Below, in pieces: positions 8,473 through 15,844 of a DNA stretch of 22,666 nucleotides. The translations under genes and the position numbers were made by a program. Source of the DNA: Planctomycetota bacterium (GTDB taxonomy: Bacteria; Planctomycetota; B15-G4; SIAN01); assembly GCA_031409275.1 (NCBI GenBank), contig JANNXA010000021.1, forward strand, positions 1 through 22,666, read 5' to 3'. Position 1 is the first letter of the stretch. Every line of letters begins with the position of its first letter. The notes under the pieces were generated by a model. That model worked only from the letters and a program-made list of their open reading frames with translations. It ran no database searches and was not told the DNA's origin.

Positions 8473-8890
8473 GTCAGCCGAGCGTTCTTTAAGCCGGGTT
8501 CTGTTCACCCGTGACACCCGCACGACGAGCGCGCGAGCGCCACGGGCGCGGTGATCATTCCTCTGGGATCGCCGTCTCCGACGACCTCGAACGACCTACC
8601 CGGGAGTGCTAACGACGCGGGCCGCGTCATCCTCCCCTATTTGGTCTTTCTCCTGGTGGGGCTTGCCAAGCCAGACGAGTTGCCCCGCCTGCTGGTGAGC
8701 TCTTACCTCACCGTTTCACCCTTACCGCACCGCGTTGCCACGGCACGGCGGTCTGCTTTCTGTTGCGCTATCCCTGGCCTTGCGGCCGGTGGGCGTTGCC
8801 CACCACCCTGCCCTATGGAGCCCGGACTTTCCTCCAGCGAAGAGCTGTACGAGCCCCCTCGCCAGCGACCACCTTTCATGCTCGACCAAC
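8473..8890 (-). ncRNA. rnpB: RNase P RNA (type A)
   Basis: Minus strand has GAGGAAAGTCCGGGCTCCA (CR I), GGTAAGGGTGAAACGGTG and ACAGAACCCGGCTTA (CR V). The termini 8880-8890 and 8473-8483 pair as P1. Confidence 0.97.
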
Positions 8891-8904
8891 GGCGACCGGG
8901 CGCG

Positions 8905-8933
8905 GGATTACGCGGCGCAGCACGACGAGTCAA
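8905..8933 (-). promoter_or_regulatory. candidate sigma70 promoter for rnpB
   Basis: Minus strand TTGACT (8933-8928), 17 nt, TAATCC (8910-8905), then a GC-rich discriminator. The -10 lacks its final T. Confidence 0.45.
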
Positions 8934-8944
8934 GGAAACGGGAC

Positions 8945-10444
8945 ATGAGCGGCGCCGTATTCTCCGCCGCCCACTCGCCGCCAACCGACAGGGAGCGTCC
9001 ATTGTCGACCTGCGCGTTCGTCCTCGCATGCCTCGGTTTCGCTGGCGCCGGCCACGCCGCACCGCCGCGCGATGGCGCGCTCGAGGAGGCGTTCGCGGCG
9101 GCCGTCGACCCGCAGCGGCTCCTGCGCACGGTGCGCGAGCTCGTCGCACTCGGTCCGCGGATGGGCGGCACGCCGTCGGGCGAAGCGGCCGCGAAGGACC
9201 ACGAGAAGCGCTTTCGTGCTGCGGGCCTCGTGCCTCAGAGCGTGATCGATCCGCCCTTGCGCGCCTTCCAGGCGCTCACCTTCGCCGCCAAGGCGACGCT
9301 GGGCGAGGAATCGATCGAGCTCGTCGACGGCACGCTGGCGATGCGGACCAGGCCGATCGACGCGTGCGAGCTGCCGCTGCTCGACGACGCGAGCGACCAT
9401 GTGGGCGACGAGAGCTACGCCTTGTTGATCGACCTCGCGCAGTTGCGCAGCGCGCCGTGGCCGGAGGCGACCCCGCCGCGTGTCGTGCTGGCCGCGTGCG
9501 ATGCGCGGCTCGAGACGTCGACCCCCATCGCGGGGCAGCCGCGCGGCTTCGCGGGGACGGTCGTGACGGTCTCGAAGCGCGAAGCGCGCTGGCTGCGGGA
9601 GCGGGTGGCCGGCGGCGTGCCGCGCCTCACGATCGCCGCCACCGTGTTCGACGAGCAGGCCTCTCCGCGCACCGTCTTCGCCGACGTGGCCAGCGCCACC
9701 GCGGACGCGCCCATCGTGATGTTCTGCGCGCACGGCGACTCCGACTCGGGCGGCCCGGGCGCCGACGACAACGCGTCGGGCGATGCGGTCGTCCATGAAC
9801 TCGCGGCGGTCTTCGCGACGCTCGCGCGCGACGAAGGGATGGCGCTTCCGATCACGCTGCGCTTCATCGTCTGGGGCTCCGAGATCCACTCGAGCGGCGC
9901 CTGGTTCGAGCGGATCCAGAAGGATGGCAGCGTGAAGCGCTACGCCGCGGTCATCAACTTCGACCAGGCCGGCACTGGCGCCGAGCGCGACTGCATCTAC
10001 TTCGAGCCCGACAACCTGAAGCGCAACGAGCCGCTGGTGCGACTCGGCCTCGCCGTCGGCGGCGACTACGGCGGCAGCGAGGGGTTCTGGAGCGAGTACA
10101 CGAGCAACGCGGCGCTCGGCGGCACCGACTCCTACGTCTTCTCGCCGGGCTGGCAGCGCGGCGGCGGAGCGAACGACCTCCCCGCGCTCACGATCTTCTC
10201 CGCCGCTTTCGGCAGTGCCGAAGAGCCGGCGGCGACGCCAGGCTTCGTTTCGCCCGGTTGGAAGGGCGACCCGCGCAAGGTTCGCGTCGACTACTCGCGC
10301 GTCTACCACGAGACGGGCGACACGCCAGCCAACACGACCGAACTCGAGCCGTGGAACATGGCGTGGGTGACCAAGGCGGCAGGCCTGCTCGCGCTGCGCG
10401 TCGCCGCCTCGCCGGAAACGATCGAGAAGCTGCTGGCGCGGTAA
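8945..10444 (+). CDS. M28 family metallopeptidase with PA-like insert (alternative TTG start at 9002 gives a cleaner signal peptide)
   Basis: LGPRMGGTPS, CAHGDS, PGADDNASG, INFDQAG, TDSYVF and YHETGDT. The EE motif appears as WGSEIH. Confidence 0.85.
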   Translation: MSGAVFSAAHSPPTDRERPLSTCAFVLACLGFAGAGHAAPPRDGALEEAFAAAVDPQRLLRTVRELVALGPRMGGTPSGEAAAKDHEKRFRAAGLVPQSVIDPPLRAFQALTFAAKATLGEESIELVDGTLAMRTRPIDACELPLLDDASDHVGDESYALLIDLAQLRSAPWPEATPPRVVLAACDARLETSTPIAGQPRGFAGTVVTVSKREARWLRERVAGGVPRLTIAATVFDEQASPRTVFADVASATADAPIVMFCAHGDSDSGGPGADDNASGDAVVHELAAVFATLARDEGMALPITLRFIVWGSEIHSSGAWFERIQKDGSVKRYAAVINFDQAGTGAERDCIYFEPDNLKRNEPLVRLGLAVGGDYGGSEGFWSEYTSNAALGGTDSYVFSPGWQRGGGANDLPALTIFSAAFGSAEEPAATPGFVSPGWKGDPRKVRVDYSRVYHETGDTPANTTELEPWNMAWVTKAAGLLALRVAASPETIEKLLAR

Positions 10445-10473
10445 CGAGCGCGGCAAGCCGCCCTGTCCCAACC

Positions 10474-10533
10474 CGACGCCTTCGACGGGGCGTCGCGACT
10501 CCGCCACGCCAGGCGAACGGACGATTGTTCGCC
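10474..10533 (+). other. two stem-loops after the M28 stop codon (possible terminator or processing structures)
   Basis: cgacgcc/ggcgtcg (10474-10495) and ggcgaac/gttcgcc (10512-10533). No U-tract follows. Confidence 0.35.
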
Positions 10534-10564
10534 ATCGGTCCCGGGGCACCCAGCAAAAGCGCGG

Positions 10565-10580
10565 TGGAACGGAACGTGCG
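10565..10580 (+). promoter_or_regulatory. candidate sigma54 (-24/-12) promoter of CRTAC1-like paralog 1
   Basis: TGGAACGGAACGTGCG gives GG-N10-GC; a near-identical motif lies upstream of paralog 4. Confidence 0.55.
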
Positions 10581-10634
10581 AATGGTCGATGGCAGTTGCA
10601 CCTGCAACATATCCCTCGGTGGACCCGCACCTCG

Positions 10635-12857
10635 ATGAGCACGTTCCCGCTGCTCCCCTTCCTGACCGCGGCGAGCTCGCTCCTTCAGGAAGTTCCACCC
10701 GCTGTTCATGGCGAGCCGGCCACGGAAGAGTCGTGCTGCCACGACGCCGCTCCGCCCGCCCCAGCGACGCTGTCCATGGATCGCAAGTCCGTGCTGCTGC
10801 GCAAGCTCGCCGACGAGATCGAGGGGACGAACGTCGCCTTCCTCGGCCGCCGCGGCATCGAGATTCGCGAGCGCCAGCTCGCGGCGCTGCCACGCAACGC
10901 GACGCCGGCGCAGCGATACGTCGCGCACGTCAACCTTGCGGATGCCTGCCTCAACGAAGGGAACACCGAACGCGCGCTCGAAGAGCTGCAGCGGGCGACC
11001 GACCTCGCGATCGCGCAGCGCGACCCGAAGGCGACCGTGAGCGCATGGCGTCGTTCCGCGCTCGCGTGGCTGCGGGTGGGCGAACGGCGCAACTGCCAGG
11101 CGAACCACAACGCCGACAGCTGCCTGTTGCCGATCCGCGGCCGCGGCGTGCACATCGAACCGAAAGGCAGCAACGAAGCGGCTCGGTTGCTCGAACGCGT
11201 GCTGATGGCCGACGGCACCGACTACGGCGCGATGTGGCTGCTGAACGTGGCGCACATGACGCTCGGCACCTGGCCCGATCGGGTACCCAAGCAATGGCGC
11301 CTGCCGGCCGACGCCTTCGCCTCCGAACACGAGATGGCCCGCATGCCCGATGACGCGCGCGCGCTCGGACTCTCCTGCTTCACCCGCGCGGGCGGCTCGT
11401 GCATGGATGACTTCGATGGCGACGGACGGCTCGACATCGTGACCTCGTCGATGGACCCGCGTCAGCCGCTGCGCATGATGCGCCAGCAGAACGACGGGAC
11501 CTTCCGTGATTTCTCCGCCGAAGCGGGTCTCTCGAGCCAGATGGGCGGGCTCAACTTCCTTCACTTCGACGCCAACAACGACGGCCGCCTCGACCTGCTG
11601 CTCCAGCGCGGCGCCTGGATGGCCCAGGACGGCAAGATGCCGAACTCGCTGCTGATCCAGCAGGAGGATGGCACCTTCGTCGATCGCACGCTCGAGGCAG
11701 GCATCGAAATCGCGGCGCCAAGCCAGGTTGCGGTCACGGCCGACGTCGACGTCGACGGCGATCTCGACCTCTTCCTGGGCTACGAAGGCAAGGAGGGCAA
11801 GGGCAGCGCGGAGTTCCGCTCGCACCTCTTCCGCAATCGTGGCGACGGAACATTCGAGGACATGACCGCGACCGCGGGCGTCTGGAACGACCGCTTCTGC
11901 AAAGGCGCGGCGTTCGGCGACTACGACGGCGACGGGCGCCCCGATCTCTACGTCTCCAACATGAACGCCGGCAACCGCCTGTACCACAACGACGGCGACT
12001 TCCACTTCACCGACGTGGCGCTCGAACTCGGCGTCGACGCCCCGCTCGACAGCTTCGCCTCGTGGTGGTTCGACTACGACAACGACGGCGATCTCGACCT
12101 CTACGCCACCTGCTACGACCAGCGCGAGCGGCCGACCACGATCTACGGCTACTACAAGAACGGCGCGACCGGCTTCGACACCATGCGCCTCTATCGCAAC
12201 GACGGCGGCGTCTTCTCCGACGTCACGCGAGCGGTCGGACTCGATCGCGCCGCCTTCCCGATGGGCTGCAACTTCGGCGACATCGACGAGGACGGGTTCC
12301 AGGATCTCTACCTCGCCACCGGCGACCCTGACTTCAACTCGCTATGGCCCAACGTGATGCTGCGCAACGACGGCGGCAAGCGCTTCCAGGACGTCACCAC
12401 CGCAACGGGCACCGGCCACCTGCAGAAAGGGCACGGTGTCTCCTTCGGCGATCTCGACGGCGATGGCGACCAGGACCTCTACGTGCAGATCGGCGGCGCC
12501 TTCGTCGACGACGCCTTCGCCGACGCGCTCTACCGCAATCCGGGCCACGGCTGCCACTGGCTGACCGTGCGCCTCGTCGGCCATCGCTCCAACCGCTTCG
12601 GCGTCGGCGCGCGCGTCACCGCGACGATCGAGGAGAACGGGGCGACCCGCAACGTGGTCAGCTTCGTCGGCGCCAACTCGAGCTTCGGAGGCAACAGCCT
12701 GCAGTCGGAGTTCGGGCTCGGCCATGCGACGCGCCTGGTCGCGCTCGAGGTGGTGTGGCCCGGCGGGGTGTCGACGCAGCGCTTCGACAAGCTCGACCTC
12801 GACCGCTGCGTCGTCGTCGACGAGCTCGACGGGATGCATGTGGTGGCGTCCCCCTGA
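10635..12857 (+). CDS. CRTAC1-like protein 1 (TPR-like helices + FG-GAP/VCBS repeats + ASPIC/UnbV)
   Basis: Multiple DxDxDGxxD repeats, GHLQKGHGV, WLTVRLVG..SNRFGVGARV and SSFGGNS...FGLG (ASPIC/UnbV). Start placed at MSTFPLLPFL. Confidence 0.9.
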   Translation: MSTFPLLPFLTAASSLLQEVPPAVHGEPATEESCCHDAAPPAPATLSMDRKSVLLRKLADEIEGTNVAFLGRRGIEIRERQLAALPRNATPAQRYVAHVNLADACLNEGNTERALEELQRATDLAIAQRDPKATVSAWRRSALAWLRVGERRNCQANHNADSCLLPIRGRGVHIEPKGSNEAARLLERVLMADGTDYGAMWLLNVAHMTLGTWPDRVPKQWRLPADAFASEHEMARMPDDARALGLSCFTRAGGSCMDDFDGDGRLDIVTSSMDPRQPLRMMRQQNDGTFRDFSAEAGLSSQMGGLNFLHFDANNDGRLDLLLQRGAWMAQDGKMPNSLLIQQEDGTFVDRTLEAGIEIAAPSQVAVTADVDVDGDLDLFLGYEGKEGKGSAEFRSHLFRNRGDGTFEDMTATAGVWNDRFCKGAAFGDYDGDGRPDLYVSNMNAGNRLYHNDGDFHFTDVALELGVDAPLDSFASWWFDYDNDGDLDLYATCYDQRERPTTIYGYYKNGATGFDTMRLYRNDGGVFSDVTRAVGLDRAAFPMGCNFGDIDEDGFQDLYLATGDPDFNSLWPNVMLRNDGGKRFQDVTTATGTGHLQKGHGVSFGDLDGDGDQDLYVQIGGAFVDDAFADALYRNPGHGCHWLTVRLVGHRSNRFGVGARVTATIEENGATRNVVSFVGANSSFGGNSLQSEFGLGHATRLVALEVVWPGGVSTQRFDKLDLDRCVVVDELDGMHVVASP

Positions 12858-12914
12858 CCTCCGTCGACGCGCAGGCGCGCTACGCTGGCGCTCTCGCTGT
12901 CCCGGAGGTCTCCC

Positions 12915-15119
12915 ATGGCCGCGTTCGTTCTGGGTCCCCAACTGCTGGCCTTGCTCGCGTCCGCTGCTGCACCGCAGGCGGCTGCACCGCAGGCCGCCGC
13001 ACCAGGCGGCAACGAGCGCAAGGCGGAACTGCTGCGCGGCGTCGCCGACTCGCTCGAAGCGAGCACGGCGCCGTTCCTGGGTCGCGGCGGCGTTGCGGCG
13101 GCGCAGGCGCGCATCGCCGATGCGCAGCAGCGGAACTCGGCCGCGGCGCTCTTCAACGCGACGCTCGCGCTCGCCGATGCCCACCTCGCCGTCGGCGAGC
13201 TCGATGAAGCCATCGCCAACTACGACCGCGTGCTGAAGATCGCCCAGCAGGCGAATGACACCAAGTCCTGGAGCGCCGCGGCCAAGAAGGCGGCCATCGC
13301 ATGGATGCGGCAAGGGGAACGTCAGAACTGCGTCGCGCGCCACAACCAGGACAGCTGCCTCTTCCCGCTGCAGGGCGGCGCGCTCCATGTCGATCCCAAG
13401 GCGAGCAAGCAGGCGATCCTCTTCCTCGAAGCGATCCTCAAGATCGAGCCGGGCGACCTCGCCGCGGCGTGGTTGCTGAACGTCGCGCACATGACGGTGG
13501 GAAGCTGGCCGGACGGGGTGCCGGCGCTGTGGCGCATCCCCGCCAGCGCGCTGCGCTCCGAGCGCGAACTGCCGCGCATGTTCGACATCGCGCCGAGCCT
13601 CGGGCTCAACTCCTTCAACCTGTCGGGCGGCGCGCTGCTCGAGGACTTCGACGATGCGTCCGCCGGCGACGGCCAGCTCGAGCTGGTCACCTCGTCGATC
13701 GGAACGCGCGAGCCGCTGCGCTTCTTTCGCAAGCAGGCGGACGGCTCCTGGGTCGACGAAGCCGAGCGCCGCGGCCTTTCGGGTCAGCTCGGGGGGCTGC
13801 AGATCCACGCCTTCGACGCCAACAACGACGGGCGCCTCGACCTCGTCGTGCAGCGCGGGGCATGGCTCGGCGACTTCGGCCGCATCCCCAATTCGCTGCT
13901 GATCCAGCAGTCGGACGGCACCTTCGTCGATCGCACGCTCGAAGCGGGGGTCGAGGTGGCGATGCCGGGCCAGGTCGCGGCCACCGCGGACATCGACCTC
14001 GATGGCGACCTCGATCTCTTCCTCGGCCACGAGCAGAACGGCGGCACCGGCGCGAGCGAGTACCGCTGCCACCTGTTCCGCAACCGCGGCGACGCGACGT
14101 TCGACGACATCACGCTCGAAGCTGGGGTCGCCAACCTGCGCTTCTGCAAAGGCGCGGCGTTTGGCGACTACGACGGCGACGGGCTGCCCGACCTCTACGT
14201 CTCGAACCTGCACGACATGAACCGCCTGTATCACAACGAAGGCGGCGGCAAGTTCCGCGATGTCGCGCTGCAGCTCGGAGTGATCGACCCGCTCGACAGC
14301 TTCCCGTGCTGGTTCTTCGACTACGACAACGACGGCTGGCTCGACCTCTTCGTCGGCAGCTACGAGCAGCACGACCGCAGCGGACAGATCTTTGCCTGGT
14401 ACAGGAACGGCACCACCGGCTTCGACTCGCAGCGCCTCTACAAGAACGACGGCAAGGGCGGCTTCATCGACGCGACGCACGCCGCCGGTCTCGCGCGCCC
14501 CGCCTTCCCGATGGGCGCGAGCTACGGCGACGTCGACAACGACGGCTTCCAGGACCTCTACCTCGCCACCGGCGACCCCGAGTTCGGCTCGCTGTGGCCC
14601 AACGTGCTGTTCCGCAACGATCGCGGCGCGCGCTTCGAGGATGTCACCGCGGCGACCGGCACCGGTCACCTGCAGAAAGGACACGGCGTCGCGTTCGGAG
14701 ATGTCGACGGCGATGGCGACCAGGATCTGTTCGTCCAGACCGGCGGCGCGTGGGTCGACGACCGTTTCAATGACGCGCTCTTCGAGAATCCCGGCCACGG
14801 CCGCCACTGGATCACGGTGCGCCCGCGCGGCCGCGACAGCAACCGCTTCGGCGTCGGGACGCGCATCAAGGTGACGATCGAGGAGGCCGGCGCGACCCGC
14901 GACATCGTGCACTTCGTCGGCGCGCAGTCGAGTTTCGGCGGCAACAGCCTGCAGGCGGAGATGGGGCTTGGCGACGCCACGCGCATCGTCGCGCTCGAGC
15001 TGTTCTGGCCGAAGGGCAAGAAGACGCAGCGCTTCGAGCAGGTCCCGCTCGACTGCGTCGTCCTGGTCGAGGAGGCGAGCACGACGTTGAAGGTGGTCGC
15101 GCCGCCCGCCGGTCGCTGA
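12915..15119 (+). CDS. CRTAC1-like protein 2 (TPR-like + FG-GAP repeats + ASPIC/UnbV)
   Basis: Same architecture as paralog 1, with a GGAGG SD and a hydrophobic signal peptide. Confidence 0.92.
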   Translation: MAAFVLGPQLLALLASAAAPQAAAPQAAAPGGNERKAELLRGVADSLEASTAPFLGRGGVAAAQARIADAQQRNSAAALFNATLALADAHLAVGELDEAIANYDRVLKIAQQANDTKSWSAAAKKAAIAWMRQGERQNCVARHNQDSCLFPLQGGALHVDPKASKQAILFLEAILKIEPGDLAAAWLLNVAHMTVGSWPDGVPALWRIPASALRSERELPRMFDIAPSLGLNSFNLSGGALLEDFDDASAGDGQLELVTSSIGTREPLRFFRKQADGSWVDEAERRGLSGQLGGLQIHAFDANNDGRLDLVVQRGAWLGDFGRIPNSLLIQQSDGTFVDRTLEAGVEVAMPGQVAATADIDLDGDLDLFLGHEQNGGTGASEYRCHLFRNRGDATFDDITLEAGVANLRFCKGAAFGDYDGDGLPDLYVSNLHDMNRLYHNEGGGKFRDVALQLGVIDPLDSFPCWFFDYDNDGWLDLFVGSYEQHDRSGQIFAWYRNGTTGFDSQRLYKNDGKGGFIDATHAAGLARPAFPMGASYGDVDNDGFQDLYLATGDPEFGSLWPNVLFRNDRGARFEDVTAATGTGHLQKGHGVAFGDVDGDGDQDLFVQTGGAWVDDRFNDALFENPGHGRHWITVRPRGRDSNRFGVGTRIKVTIEEAGATRDIVHFVGAQSSFGGNSLQAEMGLGDATRIVALELFWPKGKKTQRFEQVPLDCVVLVEEASTTLKVVAPPAGR
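12966..13004 (+). repeat. 15-bp coding tandem repeat (AAPQA linker)
   Basis: gctgcaccgcaggc at 12966 and 12981, with a degenerate third copy at 12996. Confidence 0.7.
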
Positions 15120-15141
15120 CGCGCGCTACACTTCCGCCCCC

Positions 15142-15834
15142 ATGGAATTCGTCTACGTCGTCGAGCGTGCCCGCCTGTTCGATCTCTCGTTCCCGCACGG
15201 CTTCGTTGCCGCCGCCGGCAGTGTCGAGCTTCGCAACGGCGCAGCCGACCGCATCGCGCGCATCCGCGCCCACGGCTTCTTCGTCGAACGGCGCGCCGCC
15301 GAGCAGAACTCCGCGTGGAAGCAGGTGATCCCTTACGTCGTGGTGCGACGCGCCGACACGTTGCTCCTGCTGGAACGCAAGAAGAAGCAGGGTGAGGTGC
15401 GCCTGCACGGGAAGCTCTCAATCGGCGTCGGCGGCCACATCAATCCGATCGACCTCGACGGCAGCGGTGCCGGCAGCGAACCGCCGCGCGACGTGGTGCT
15501 CGAGGGGCTGAAGCGCGAGCTCGAGGAGGAGCTCGACGTGAAGGGGCCGCTCGACGTGCGCGCGGCCGGTTTCCTGAACGACGACGCCACCGACGTCGGC
15601 GCCGTCCACTACGGCCTCGTCGCGGTCGCCGATGCGCGCAACGCCACGGTCGCCATCCGCGAGACCGAGCTGATGGAAGGGCGCTTCGTCACGCGCAGCG
15701 AGCTGCAGGAACTGCACCGCACGCAACGAGAGCGCTTCGAAACGTGGTCGAGCCTGTTGATCGACCAGTTGGATGCCGTGCTGGCCGCCGACCTGCCGCT
15801 CGCCGAGGCGTTTCGAGCCGCGCCCGGACGCTGA
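15142..15834 (+). CDS. NUDIX-family predicted phosphoesterase (COG4112/YmaB-like)
   Basis: AE....KQVIPY, E.RLHGKLSIGVGGHINP, RELEEE Nudix box, NDD...VG.VH.G and FETWS. Confidence 0.88.
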   Translation: MEFVYVVERARLFDLSFPHGFVAAAGSVELRNGAADRIARIRAHGFFVERRAAEQNSAWKQVIPYVVVRRADTLLLLERKKKQGEVRLHGKLSIGVGGHINPIDLDGSGAGSEPPRDVVLEGLKRELEEELDVKGPLDVRAAGFLNDDATDVGAVHYGLVAVADARNATVAIRETELMEGRFVTRSELQELHRTQRERFETWSSLLIDQLDAVLAADLPLAEAFRAAPGR

Positions 15835-15844
15835 CGCCTCCGGG

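Noticed and set aside
6285..8492. 735-aa plus-strand ORF, and similar long ORFs at 1003-2316, 8930-10642, 10188-12005, 12342-14912, 15773-17170 and 17357-20296
   Set aside because: Antisense shadows of well-supported genes, expected in high-GC DNA, with no recognisable motifs.
8551..8944. ORF starts at 8551 and 8735 overlapping rnpB
   Set aside because: The region is the RNase P RNA gene on the opposite strand.
11410..15000. CRISPR-like periodic repeats (gacggcgac-type motifs)
   Set aside because: These are degenerate coding FG-GAP repeats, not identical repeats with unique spacers.
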